Source: Octopus vulgaris (taxonomy: Eukaryota). Taken from it: a stretch of DNA of 64,000 nucleotides. Where the stretch lies: contig OX597814.1 in assembly GCA_951406725.2 (NCBI GenBank), forward strand, positions 56,482,001 to 56,546,000, given 5' to 3'. The position numbers and the translations under genes are program-made. Of the stretch, positions 24,330 through 37,212 are shown one piece after another (position 1 is the first letter of the stretch; every line of letters starts with the position of its first letter). The notes under the pieces were generated by a model. That model was not told where the DNA came from, did no database searches, and saw only the letters and a list, made by a program, of their open reading frames with translations.

Positions 24330-25230
24330 TATAATTAGCAATTCGTTTGCTCGTTTCGGGTTTCCATTTCTCTGCAACATTCATCGTCCTTCACTGCCAA
24401 CATCCACAATTTGTTTCATGAATTAGTAATGTAGTTCCTTTTCTTTCCAGATACTTTTCTTATCGTTTTCCTTTCTATTCGTGAAATCTTTTATTGTTTC
24501 AGTGACTGCTTCAGTATTTCTGGACGCAGATAAATGTCTTTCTTTACTATACACAACATAGCTTTTCAAACCTGGTTCCACTGATACTGATTTATTTATC
24601 TTTTTGTTGGTGTCTAGTATTTTTACCCGTCTTTGTATTAATGCGTACTTTTCCTTATCTCTTCTTCAGCATCCTGTAACTCTGTCTCATGTTCTTCTTA
24701 TTATACTTCTTTTTGAGCTAATCCTTATGTCTTTCCTTCGCCGTCTTCATTTCAGTTATAGCATACATACTTCCATAACTATTTTGACCTGCTTAATGTT
24801 TCTCCTATGGGTCTTTGACCTTTTCTTGTTGCCCTTCTTTTTTAACTTAAAGAATTTCAACAGCAACAGAGATTGATCGGGGTATTCCTAACATATTAAG
24901 TTATTTACATCTGTTGTATTTCAATTTTGATTTCCGCTATAGTTTATTCAATTTCTTCTCAAATTTTTTGACTTTCGATTTCCTTCAAAGCTTGTTATCT
25001 CGTTCTAACTCTATTTTTCTTTTAATCATTTAAACGTTGAAATACTCTCCTTTCCTCTTCGGCTTTATCTTTTATTCCCATGAGGTAAAACGTACTCATT
25101 ACTGTTTCTTTCTTCATGATCATTGACTGAGTTCTCTGTTAGCTCATGCTCAATTTCCTCTCCTATGTAATCATATTCTTCGTCGTTCAGTGTTCTAGCA
25201 ATCCCTTCCAGTTCTAAGTGGAAAAGCCAT
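24330..25230 (-). mobile_element. Highly decayed Dong/R4-like pre-RT remnant
   Basis: Minus strand TEAVTETIK and IRKVSGKK-like segments resemble the KIRRYEKR region of family A; weak. Confidence 0.4.
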
Positions 25231-25289
25231 AATTTTCTCAGGATTTGATATTTTTCACCGAGAAGTATTTGTTCTTCAGCAGGGAACAT

Positions 25290-25298
25290 TCTCTCTCT

Positions 25299-25351
<53 letters not shown>

Positions 25352-25360
25352 TCTCTCCCA
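25290..25360. repeat. (CT)n microsatellite
   Basis: Direct observation. Confidence 0.96.
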
Positions 25361-25947
25361 TTTTCTCGGGCTTACTTCATGACAATTCTGTAGTTTCTTT
25401 GAAACCACTTTCTCTTAATCCTTACAGCTGTAGATGAATAACAGCCAAGTTCATTCGTCTGTACAAGGAAAAGCAATTGCTGTGCAAGAGGCACTCACCT
25501 GAAGATCCTGTGTCATTAATACCGTTGTGGTATATGTGTGCGTGTGTGTGTGTGTGTGTGTGCGCGCACACACACACATACATACTTGCATGCATACAAA
25601 CATATATACACAAATACATACATACATACATACATACATACATACATACATACATACATACATACATAGATATATACACACACACACATACACACACATA
25701 TGACGTTATACTCATAGTTAGGATTGTGATGAAAAGGTGACCGCTGTTCATATCGAGAGGCTGCCAACAAAGAATAAAAAGGCACTCCTCACCCCATAAG
25801 ATAGGCTTGATTTCGTCTGACGTCAGTCAGATACGTTATGATTTCGAGGTGTATTGTTATCTGGCTTGACAGAATCATTACAACATTCATGACTTGTGGA
25901 GTTATGTCAAACAGCTGCTCTCATATATAGGACGAATCATATATAGC

Positions 25948-26430
25948 CGACTCCATCGTAAATGTCACTCCGCCTGGAAGTGTAGACATATTTTCTCTGC
26001 CTGGTAGCTATGACGAAAGAAGTTATGTGGTAGACAAGATTGAAACTACTAAGGACTGACATTTTTCTTTTCGGTCAAACCATCATCGACTTTTTTTCAA
26101 GTTCCACTTAGAATGGAAAGTGAAGTTGGGGACTGAGTGTACCCAGACCCTAGTAAATTTGTAAAGAGGTGGGTGAAAGCAGCAAGGATGGCCCGAACGA
26201 GTAGGCCTACTCTAAGTATGTGTCTGTCATCTGAAAAATACGGAGAGTGAAGTACATGCCATAGTACTCTTGGTGATCAGGGTTAGTCGAGAACCCTAAG
26301 GTCAATTCGGGGTTGGGGTTTCCTAACTGGGAAATTTTGTTCTTATAATTCCGTTGTTAATTGTTATCGTTTTTCTTGTTTGCGCGTGTTTATGTAATTC
26401 CCCACTATCTTTTGTCTTTGTATTGTTCTA
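25948..26430 (+). mobile_element. Tx1-clade 3' fragment, diverged
   Basis: Similar to 22920-23200 (tccat.gt.aa..tctgcctggtagctatg.cgaaagaagt..tgtgg..aagtttgt..a.aggtggg). Confidence 0.7.
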
Positions 26431-26447
26431 AATGCTTCTACGACCCT

Positions 26448-26618
26448 TACAGCATTTCGTCCGTCTTTACATTCTGACTTCAAATTTCGCTGAGATCGAC
26501 CTTATAGCTTTCATCTTTTCGAGGTCTATAAAATAAGTACTAGTTGAGCACTGGGGTCGAAGTAATTGACTTAGCCCCCTTTCCCGAAATTGCTGGCCTT
26601 GATCCTGAATTTGAAATC
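26448..26618 (+). mobile_element. SINE family S1
   Basis: B-box-like ttcaaat, central gatcgacc..ctttcatc..gaggtc, cactggggtcga, tail aatttgaaa + ATT. Confidence 0.8.
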
Positions 26619-26689
26619 ATTATTGTTGTTGTTATGGCCAATTGTTTTTTTTTATATTGGCCTCACAGACTATACTTGTGATCTGCTCC

Positions 26690-27745
26690 GTTTTTGAGGG
26701 CGTTAGCTTGATAAATTTTGCGAATAGATTCTGATTATGGGCAGCAAAAATGAATCCCTCTATTTCTGTCTTCAACCCTGAACTCCGCAACCACTAACGG
26801 GTTTGTGATTGGTCAACATCAGCTCCTTGGGTGCGGAGTGGGTATTGGCCAAGGAGAGGTTACTGCAGCCATCTATCTTTCAAGGTCTGAAGTCTTGCTT
26901 TTGCTTTCATCCTATATATTTTGGTTGCCTTTCTTGATCTTTAGTCATCTTCGTTAGCGTTTTCTGTTTCTGCAATTTGTAACTCTACTCTCTATTCCCC
27001 AGCTTCTTTGTTTACAGAATGGATTCTGAGATTCATGTTGTCTCACTTATATCATCATCCAATCATTAGTCTTGCTTAAGTATTTCTTCAGACCGAATGC
27101 AACCGTTTTATACAAGAGTTCTAGTTGGATCAGTCCTCTTCCACCTTCTTCCCTTGACAGTTAGAGGCGCTCTATATCTGCCCTGGATGGTGCATTTTAT
27201 TGGAAATTGATAGTTTTCTAGTTTTTGTATCCATTATTAGTAGGTCAGCTAAATTCCCCTTGATTATATTAAAAACATATTGTACAACAAGAACTGCTAA
27301 AGCGTTAATAGCGTATGTTTGGTTCTTGGAGTTCAGTTTTCTGAACCAGCCTTACTTTTCCATTGTACTGCTTCTGAGTCTTCTTCATTTGTGTGTGTTG
27401 CATGCCATCACCCTCATTAACTCCAAGGTATTTATATGTTTCTCCTGAATCTAGTTCTTTTATGTTTGTATCTAAGTCAATATGAATAGATGATGATGCT
27501 AGTTTTTTTCCTATCAAAAGTTGCTTTTGCGCATTTATCGGGACCAAAATCCATACCGGTATTATTACTGAGCTCTTTTACTGTTGATAGAAGTCCTAAT
27601 TCTTGGTCATCCCCAGCATACAACTTTAAATCGTCCACAAAAAAGAGATGGTTGATCAGTCTATTGTTGTTACAACTAAGTTTATATCCATACATTATGT
27701 TGTTTAGTGTTTCAAAAGGGAAAGAATGCAATACAGAACACGAGT
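26690..27745 (-). mobile_element. Dong/R4-like RT C-terminal remnant
   Basis: LINHLFFVDDLKLYA, DFGPDKCAK, TYKYLGVNEGDG, LRSSGLKTEIEGFIFAA. Confidence 0.85.
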
Positions 27746-27935
27746 AGTCAGAGGGAGTTATCTTGGAAAATTCTACAGTGTATTTTGATTTTGTTAGATT
27801 GCATGATTCCATTTCTATGGTTAAGAAAAGGAGATATTGACTACTTCGGAGAACTACTTCGGAGAAAGTCTGAGGTAACTGGAGAGATATTGTATATATC
27901 AGGACCTTGTATATGTCTAGATTATTATTATTATT

Positions 27936-28098
27936 ATACGAAACCCAACATACACATCATGACTACTTGTTTGATACTGGTATACTAGGCACATACATTA
28001 CAACCATATGTGCACAAGATAAACAGCGCATGACCTTATAGGTGGGGATAAAATAAAGTTTGCTTAAGGATGTTGAACGAAACATATATGTTTCCAGA

Positions 28099-28099
<1 letters not shown>
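27936..28099 (-). mobile_element. Partial copy of the 556-bp non-coding element
   Basis: Matches 4037-4268 with deletions; ATT repeats on both sides. Confidence 0.7.
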
Positions 28100-28169
<70 letters not shown>

Positions 28170-28181
28170 CATTATTATTAC
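28100..28181. repeat. (TTA)n microsatellite
   Basis: Direct observation. Confidence 0.97.
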
Positions 28182-28757
28182 TTTTTTTCTTCTTTCAAAT
28201 TTGCTTCCATTTCTTGCCGAGTGTCTTCCCGACTCCTAGGGCAAAGAAACTCATAGTATACATTGGTAGGCCATTAAACCAAAATCAATAGTTCGTTCAT
28301 TTTTTTTTTTAAGTTAAATTAAAATACATGAGCAGCAACAGTTCTCACATTGACAATGCTCTTCTCAATACGTGTGATGTACCAGTTAAGACAATCTTTT
28401 GCACTTCTTGCAGGGATGGTAAGCCAGGGATCATTCTCATATAATTTTCGGTTCCCTTCTTGATCATTCCTAGTGCTCCTACGATCACTGGTATTGTAAC
28501 CGCCTTGAGATGCCACATTTTCTCAATTTCAATGAGTAGGTCTTTATATTTTCTGAGCTTGTCAAACTCTCTCTTTCGCTGAGATATTATGATCACAGGG
28601 GATGCTCATGTCGATCAATAAGCAAACTTTATTGTTTTGGTCTTTCACAACAATGGCTGGTTTATTGGCCTTGATGGTTCGGTCTGTATGTACTGGAAAG
28701 TCCCACAGAATCGTTACATTTTCTCCTTCAGTTACATTTTCTCCTTCAGTCGTCGTC
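28182..28757 (-). mobile_element. Dong/R4-like family C 3' end (RLE domain)
   Basis: ILWDFPVHTDRTIKANKPAIVV..LLIDMSIP; KYKDL..IVGALG; ATT repeats on both flanks; near-identical to 49449-49960. Confidence 0.92.
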
Positions 28758-28781
28758 ATTATTATTATTATTATTATTGAG

Positions 28782-29572
28782 ATCGGACATTGATATGTCC
28801 GATTAGCATACGTGAGGGGATGTCATCGCTCCCATCTCTAGCCTTACGTGATACATACAGACACAAGATTCTGGGGGGTTAGCCGTCCTCAGCGTGTGTT
28901 AATCACCTCTTGCCAATGATGGAAGCTCATTCCCCTCGCAAATTACTATATATTTTTCATGCTACTCACTGTCGCTGATCTCGTAGAAGAGAGAGAATTT
29001 GCGAGTGGAATGAGCTTCCATCACTATCTGGTGATCGAGAAACCACCCAGAAACTCGAGTCTGTATGTATCTCGTAAGGCTAGAGATGGGAGCGATGACT
29101 TTCCCTCCCAAATACCAATCGGACACGGAAGGCGGGTCCTTAACCAGCTGGATGAGATGTATTCCTAGAGCTATAAACATCAGTAGCACTGTCCTGTATA
29201 TGACATCACACTTAGTTGGCAAATATCTGTTACGGTTCCGTACTGCTATTGCTTATATTTCGCTCTAAGATTTAATACAACATTCTCTCTCTTCCACGAG
29301 ATTGGTGACAGTGAGGCGCTAGAAAAAGATATAATTTGCGAGTGGAATTAACACACGTGGACGACGGGTAACCACCCAGAAACTAGAGTCCGTGTGTATC
29401 ACCTAAAGCTAGAGATAGGAGCGATGACCTCCCCTCGAAAATACTAATTGAACACAGAATATGTGTCGTGAGCCAGCTGGAGGAGATGTGTTCCTCCAGT
29501 AGCGCTGTCCTGTATAGGACGCCACACTAAATATGTTACGGTTCCATACTGCTATTGTTTATATCTCGCTCA
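28782..29572. repeat. Three copies of a ~200-290 bp unit: one inverted, two tandem
   Basis: 28796-28998 is the reverse complement of 29283-29455; 28996-29270 is a direct copy of 29332-29572. Confidence 0.85.
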
Positions 29573-29760
29573 GAAATATAAACTGAGAATGTGTGTGTGT
29601 CTGTCTGTATGTGTGCATCGTTAACACTCGAGAACTACCCAACCGATTTCATTCAAATTTTGCACATCCTTACCTAAGGTCGATGCAATGTCATAGGCCA
29701 AAAACATTTTCAACTTCTTGCCTAATGCAAGCCCGGAGCAATCTCTTATCTTTTACACTA
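29573..29760 (+). mobile_element. Helitron-like 5' end fragment
   Basis: atataaactgagaatgtgtg..gtctgtctgtatg..caaccgatttcattcaaattttg pattern typical of non-autonomous Helitron/Helentron starts. Confidence 0.5.
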
Positions 29761-30075
29761 TTTCAGCATGATAATGCACCAATTCACACAGCTAAAGTTG
29801 TTAATGATTGGCACAAGGAACATTCTAGTGGCGTTGAACATCTTATCTGGCCACCACAGATCCCAGATTCCAATATTATTGAACATTTATGGTGCATTTA
29901 AAAAAAAATAAGTAAGGAGTCGATATCCTCCACCATCATCACTACAAGAACTGGAGAATGTTTTAGCTGAAGAATGAACAAATATTCCTTTGGAAACAAT
30001 TCAAACTTTGTACGAGGCCATACTACGTAGAATTCAAGCTGTAATTATTGCCAAAGGCAGTCTTACCCCATATTG
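29761..30075 (+). mobile_element. Tc1 (DD34E) transposase C-terminal remnant
   Basis: FQHDNAPIH, WPPQIPDSNIIEHLW, RRIQAVIIAKGSLTPY. Confidence 0.88.
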
Positions 30076-30112
30076 CCCAACCCCTATATATATGGATATA
30101 TACATATATGTA

Positions 30113-30177
<65 letters not shown>

Positions 30178-30179
30178 GT

Positions 30180-30455
30180 CTCAGGCCGACCAAAGCCTTG
30201 TGAGTGAATTTCGTTCACGGAAGCTAAATGAAGACTGTCGTATACATGTGTATATTTGTGTGTCTTTGTTTGTACCCCCACCATTGCTTGACAACCGATG
30301 ATGCTGTGTTTACGTTCCCATAACTTAGGGGTTCAGCAAAAGATACTGATAGAATGAGTACTAAGCTTACAAAGAATAAATCCTGTTGTCCATTTGTTCG
30401 ATTAACGGCATGCTCCAGCCTGGCCAAAGTCACATGACTGAAACAAGTAAAACAA
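30180..30455 (+). mobile_element. SINE family S2, partial
   Basis: ggccgaccaaagccttgtgagt...gcttgacaaccgatg...atgactgaaacaagtaaaa. Confidence 0.85.
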
Positions 30456-30506
30456 AAAACTATGCCATTTTAATCCCGAGCAAGGCCATATTATATCTAC
30501 TTGTAA

Positions 30507-30862
<356 letters not shown>

Positions 30863-31573
30863 GAGTTGACCTTGAGCAATCCCGAGTCATCTGATTGTTT
30901 CTATTAAGCGGAAAACAAAAAATGAGTCACAGTTTTGAGGCCTATTTTTTATCATTCTGATTTTAGAAATTAAAGCGGAGATTAGGTAACAGAATCTCTC
31001 TAATATCACTTGTTAATAATCTTTTTTCACGTAAAATCAGTCCCTGAACTTGTACTTCCGTTAGCAGAGGAAGAAGTATATTTATTTATTTATTTTAACC
31101 ACATTAATATATCTTAATTCCTGTTCTAGTGCAATCTGAAGTCAGTAAACAAGACTGTATTTTATTCCAGCCGGACACAGATGATGTCATGAATCTTTTT
31201 AACACTTGTTTGTTTGTTCGTTTTTTTTTCATATCTTCATTTGTTTACAGTTATTCTTGTAGATGTTTAATCCTGCAAAAATACATACCCTAATGATTAG
31301 GAGTGGTCGGCACATGATCATGAGATTGTGGATTCAATTCCTGGACTGGGAAGCGGCACGTTCTATCATTGAGCAAGACGCTTTATTTTACTGTTTACAT
31401 AAGAAACGAGATTAAGCTTATACACGGTATACAAAATATGTGAATACGTGGATGATACAGTCTCCTTAGTACAGAAGAGCTTCCACCCAGAGCCAGTCAA
31501 AGAACTCCACAGATCCAAATACATTGTGTCTCTGAGCAAGTCACTTCATTTTACATTGCTGTTGTACCAGCTG

Positions 31574-31793
31574 TACGAGGAGGTGCTAAAAAATTCTTGA
31601 CTTTGGGTAAAAGACAATACAGGTGGATCGGTTAATTATGATTATATTCAACATATTCTCCCCTCAAATCCACACCCTTATTGCAGCGATCCTTCAGTTT
31701 TTCTAAGCCCAGTAAATGAACTTGGAAGGTTGGGCCTCCAGCCGGACTTTCTGCGATACCCTTAAAGCCAGAAAATTTTAGCACCCCTTCGTG
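31574..31793 (-). mobile_element. Mariner-derived MITE, copy 1
   Basis: TIRs tacgaggaggtgctaaaaaattct / agaaaattttagcaccccttcgt; reverse copy of 37213-37422. Confidence 0.8.
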
Positions 31794-32074
31794 GGCGCCA
31801 GCTAGTCTATGGTGAAATCCTTTCTACCACCAATTGTGACGTCCACGAACTTCTACTGGAACAAAGTGTGTGACTCGTGAAGGTTTCTAAGTCCTCTCAC
31901 AACCTTATAAGCACCTGAAATAATTTGTGAATGCGTGATATGTATCATATAGTTATACTTGCTCATGACTGATGAATGGCTGTAGTGTGCTTTTTATTTG
32001 TAACCCAGATTAACATTGATACTGCAGATTTTGAGATATATAAATGTACGCATACTTACATATACATAGAAACA

Positions 32075-32615
32075 TCCATATGCCCAATCCATAAAGGAGG
32101 AAGTAGAGCAGATGCTAAAATCTATAGGCCTATCTCTCTGACCTCGCAAATCAACAAAGTCATATAACGAATAGTCCGAAGGAAATTAATTGCATTCCTT
32201 GAAGAGAATAACATGCCGACTGACACCCAACATGGTTTCCGACCAGGTAGAAACTGCCTGATACAGCTCTTGCAGCATTACGACTGGGTAATGTGGACGT
32301 GATATACTTCGACTTCGCAAAAGTCTTTGACAAAGTCGGCCATGGTATTATTTGTCACAAGCTGCAAAATCTTGGCGTAGTTGGAAAACTTGGAGAATGG
32401 CTACATGACTTTCTAAAAGATAGAAGTCAGGTAGTGGTGGTCAATGGGGACACCTTCAAGAAAACATAAATAATGAGTGGTGTTGCACGGGACACTGTCT
32501 TGGGGTTGCAGCTATTCATAGTGACCCTTTCTGACATGCCGTCAGTTGCTCAAGTAGCCACCCTTGCTAGCTATGCAGACGACACAAAAGTCTCTCAGAG
32601 GATACAGAACCCGGG
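32075..32615 (+). mobile_element. CR1-like LINE RT fragment
   Basis: PIHKGGSR, YRPISLTS, QHGFRPGRNC, DVIYFDFAKVFDKV, YADDTKV. Confidence 0.88.
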
Positions 32616-32982
32616 CTAATACAAACGAGCCTGACAGATATAAATACAAATGAGCCTGATAGATATAAAAGACAAACTGGCATCTCTTAACAGATCGCTG
32701 ATGTTTGTTGTCCACTCACATTTAGGTGAACCTAGCTGAAGAATACTAATTAGATTTACGATAACAAGCGTATCCTGGAAAGTCTGAAACTCGCGAACTA
32801 GGCTATCCATTCTAGATTGTCCATTTCTCCGGCGTTATTCCTTGAGGTAAGACGAAATTTTTTATGTTCGCCGGCCGCACACATCTTTGCCTCTATACAT
32901 TCAGTGAAGCTTTACATAGCGACGTACGGATATCAACTGCTATTTCCAGCAAACATTGGTACCTTGCTGTGTCACTATTTCC

Positions 32983-33384
32983 TACTCTTTACTCTTTTAC
33001 TTGTTTCAGTCATTTGACTGCGGCCATGCTGGAGCACCGCCTTTAGACGAGCAAATCGACCCCAGGACTTATTCTTTGTAAGAATAGTACTTATTCTATT
33101 GGTCTCTTTTGGTCAAATTTTACACTATTGGGTAACACCATCGGCTGTCAAGCGATGGTGGGAGACAAACACAGACACACAAACATACACACGCATACAT
33201 ACATACATACATACATACATACATACATACATACACGACGCACTTCCTTCAGTTTCCGTCTACCAAATCCACTCACAAGGCTTTGGTTGACACAAGGGTA
33301 TAGTAGAAGACATCTGCCCAAGGTGTCACGCAGTGGGAATGAACCCGGTAAGCAAGCTACTTACCACACAGCCACAACTGCGCC
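32983..33384 (-). mobile_element. SINE family S2 with internal (ACAT)n
   Basis: Head ggcgcagttgtggctgtgtggtaagtagcttgctt, ggttcattcc B-box-like, tail aaaagagt repeats. Confidence 0.88.
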
Positions 33385-33443
33385 TATATATAATTCTATC
33401 TTTACGGGTGCTTTATTTCGTTGGAAAATAATATTATTGTATT

Positions 33444-33500
<57 letters not shown>

Positions 33501-33501
33501 T

Positions 33502-33711
33502 AAAACAATTACAATGTGGGAGATGTTTATAAGCCATTTAACAACACACAAAAAACCGTTAGATTCACTTCAAAATTTTTATTTAATCTGCCAAAATATT
33601 TTCGTCGCTTTGAGACCGCAACCTGATCGAAATTTAAATTTTGAAGTGAATTTAACGATTTTTGTGTGTTTTTAAATGGCTTATGAAGACCTTCCACGCT
33701 GCAATTGTTTT
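33502..33711. repeat. Foldback: ~83-bp imperfect inverted arms with ~45-bp spacer
   Basis: aaaacaatt...aagccattta..ttcacttcaaaattt / aaattttgaagtgaa..taaatggctt...aattgtttt. Confidence 0.85.
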
Positions 33712-33980
33712 CGTTCCAGCATACGATCTCAAGTTGCATGGAGCGGGGCGAATGAAAATGTTTTAGATAATACTGTATAACATGATTTTTGTCTTTGGAT
33801 AGCAACTGTTATTTCTCATTTGCTTAGCCTTACAAAGTATGAAAAATGGTTAATATTTCCTTAAAACTTTACTTTTGTCACATTTATTCAAACCCCAAAT
33901 CCCAAAGAATCCCTCTCAACACATGGCTATGATGCTCCCTCACTACTCCTGCACATGAAGAACTACTTCCAAACTTCCAA

Positions 33981-34356
33981 AGAACTTGCTTCCAAACTAC
34001 ATGGTTCCGAGTTCAGTCCCTCTGCGTGACACCTTCGGCAAGTGTCTTCTGCTATAGTCTCGGCCGACCAAAGCCTTGTGAGTGGATTTGGTAGACGGAA
34101 ACTGAAAGAAGCCCGTCGTGTATGTGTGTGTGTGTGCGTGTATGTATATGTATATGTTTATGTGTCTAGTGTTTGTTTCTCCACAATCGCTTGACAACCG
34201 ATGTTGGTGTGTTTACTTATTGGTTCGACAAAAGAGACCCATAGAATAAGTACTAGGCTTACAAAGATTAAGTTCGAGCGTCACTTTGTTCGACAAAAGG
34301 CGGTGCTCCAGCATGGCCGCAGTCAAATGACTGAAACGAGCAAAAGAATAAAAGAA
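33981..34356 (+). mobile_element. SINE family S2
   Basis: gagttcagtccc B-box-like; ggccgaccaaagccttgtgagtggatttggtagacggaaactg. Confidence 0.88.
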
Positions 34357-34871
34357 TGTGTGTGTGTGTGTGTGCTAGACATACTTTTTATTTGGTTTGC
34401 AAGACTCTTAATGTGAATTTGTGTGTTCAAAAATATCATGATCTTACGCCAATCATAGTAAACACACGCACTGGATCAATATCACTTCTTTTCTGTTAAA
34501 TATCTGAAGAATTAACTAATCGATCGTTTATTTAATGTGTAGGTTAAATAATTAATATGTTGTTTCTCAAAGTCGTTTCGTCGCTATTCGTAACCTCATC
34601 AATGTTATGCCTCCTCCTCCCTTTAACATCTGTCTTGAGTCTGTCTGAGAATTATTCTTTCCTTGAAGAGAGGAGGCATGTCATTCATGAAGTTACAAGT
34701 AGCGATGAAAGGATTTTGAGAAACAAACAACACATTAAAAAAAACATCGATTAATTAGTTGATTAGATATTCAACCAACCGACGAACAATAAAGAGGTGA
34801 TATTGAGCCAGTTCGTGTGTTTACTATTGTTGGCATAATGACCCTCCCAAGACACAAAGGTGGGTGTATAA

Positions 34872-35065
34872 AGATGGCAAAATTGTTAGCACACCGGGCA
34901 AAATGCTCAACAGCATTTCGTCCATCTCTACGTAGAGTTCAAATTCTGCTGAGCCCGACTTTGCCTTTCATCCTTCAGGGTCAATGAAATAAGTGTTTGT
35001 TGAGCACTGAGGTGATGTAATCGACCCTCTCCTAAAATGTCAGGCCTAGTGCCTATAGTAGAAAT
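34872..35065 (+). mobile_element. SINE family S1
   Basis: tggcaaaattgttagc A-box-like, gagttcaaattc B-box, gactttgcctttcatcc. Confidence 0.82.
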
Positions 35066-35086
35066 GATGCATACATACACACACAC

Positions 35087-35117
<31 letters not shown>

Positions 35118-35230
35118 ATATATATACATATATACATATATTCATTTACACAATGACTTGGGGAAAATTTAGCAGTTGAAAATTGCAAACGAAACCCGTC
35201 CGCACCCTCTGTGTATGTGTGTGTCTGTGT

Positions 35231-35291
<61 letters not shown>

Positions 35292-35447
35292 GCGTACGAC
35301 GGACTTCTTCCAGTTTCCGTCTATCAAATCCACTAATAAGGCTTTAGTGGCTCTGAGGCTGTAGTAGAAGACACTTGCCAAAGGGGACATTCTTCCCAAG
35401 CATATGGTTTGGAAGCAAACTTCTTACCACACAGCGACGTCTGCGCC
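35292..35447 (-). mobile_element. SINE family S2 5' half ending in (TA)n
   Basis: cagtttccgtcta.caaatccact.a.aaggcttt; ttaccacacagc..gcgcct. Confidence 0.8.
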
Positions 35448-35763
35448 TGTATGTATGTTATGTGTGTGTATATATATATTTGTATTTATGCATATATGTA
35501 TGAATACATATACATGTATGTCTGTGTGTATATGCATGAGTGTGAACATACGTGTATTGACGTTGAGAAATGACGAGTAGTGTGCTTGTTACTAATAGTT
35601 GGAGGAAAAGCATAAAATGAGTCATATTGCTTATACTTGCGTGTGCTTGCCATCATCTTATTTTGATTTCGTAAACTGAAGTGAAGTTTATTGAATTAAG
35701 TCTTTCTGATTTAATTGGTTAATTCTTCTCTGCGTAAACGCAGCCGCAGCACCTGCATTTTAC

Positions 35764-35955
35764 TTAACCCTTTTGATACCAACCCGCCTGAGATTGCCCC
35801 TAGTTTTACGATACAAATTCCGTTTTAAACTGGTCTAAATGAAAACCTTCTGTTGAACTTATCAGCTTAATAACAGTTAAATTATCTTAATAAAGTCTTC
35901 ATTCTTCTTAAAGTTAATTGAATTACAGACAGCGTAATTCAACTAAAAGAGTTAA
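35764..35955. mobile_element. piggyBac-like MITE
   Basis: TTAA-CCCTTTTG ... TAAAAGAG-TTAA; degenerate reverse relative at ~60624-60828. Confidence 0.65.
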
Positions 35956-36185
35956 CAGAGGAAAATGATTTTCTTTTTTTGTTTTTAAACACATCAATGT
36001 ATGTTTTAATTTTTGCTTTAGTATAATCTGAAACGAGGAAACATGGTTTACATTATTGAAGCCAAATACACATATGATATCATACATTAGTTTTATCGTT
36101 CCATTTTTTGATGTCTTTATGTGTTTACTGTTAGTCTTATCGGTATAATTGCTGTTAAACCCTGTACAGCCCTGATGCTGTAAAG

Positions 36186-36446
36186 CAATGCTTCTCAATC
36201 ATTTTTTTTTTTTGTCTATGAACCTTTTTGATTACTATTTTACTCCACTGGATCTGCATAGCCATTTACTGTTGAAAAATAAATGTTACTGTATTTTTAT
36301 AATTGAATATTATAAGGAATTGTATAAAAACAATTTAAACATTTTGTGTATTGTAGAAGAATACGCAATTTATTGCACATCAATTTTAACAAGATCTTAT
36401 ATGGATTCCCAAGGGCCATATGGACCCCGGTGGAGAACCCCAACTG
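36186..36446. mobile_element. hAT/Charlie-like MITE
   Basis: Ends caatgcttctcaatc ... ggtggagaaccccaactg resemble CAGTGGTTCTCAACC TIRs; no clean 8-bp TSD. Confidence 0.5.
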
Positions 36447-37212
36447 TAGGGCTATGTTTAAAAGCTTTAGCCATGACGACACCATTTTTTTAAATAATGT
36501 TATCCAGTGCGTCTCAATAAATAAGAACCAATTTTGCTGTTATTTCTAACGAGTCGATTGATTACATGAAGTCGTTGATGGCGTCGCTAGAATGTGCTGC
36601 TCGGGGTAGCCTTTGAGTTTTCCACACACACCTGCCCCCCCCCCCCCACTTAATAGGCTTACTGTATTTTCTGGCATACAAGTCCAATTTTTCGAACCAT
36701 AATTTACAACCAAAGAAGGTACGTCGACTTATACATGAAGACGACTTTAGTGGGTCAAAACTTCCATGTGAAATGCACCAGGATTTGGAAAAACAGTGAC
36801 GATGTTTGATTGTTTACAGGACATCTTTACACTATATACTGCATCGACTTGCAGCAAAACTATCGCCCCATAAAAGTGTCGCCCCCATTACCCTCATCCT
36901 AGCTACGCTACTGGGAATCTCCTTAGCTGGCTCGTTATTTTTTGTTTCTAATAATTGGCTAATGTTCGAGTTGAGAAACTTGATTTGAAACCGAATATTC
37001 CTTTACCAAATCTCAGCAGCACCTATCTAACTAATCCAAACTAATCTATCTGTTTTCTGTATCACTTAGATTCCTGCGTTTTGTGCTTATTTCTGGTTTC
37101 TGTGGCCTTTTGCGAATTAGGTATAAACTTCTCTGAACAAGACGCTATTCTACGGCATTCTTTTCTCACGTTTCATAGGAAGGAAATCTTGACTTGATAT
37201 TTCCATTCAGAA

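Noticed and set aside
32619-32668. Two tandem 25-bp units after the CR1 fragment
   Set aside because: Two copies only; ordinary local duplication
36800-37150. Possible Penelope RT remnant on minus
   Set aside because: Only a vague MG.SFA-like word; too decayed to support
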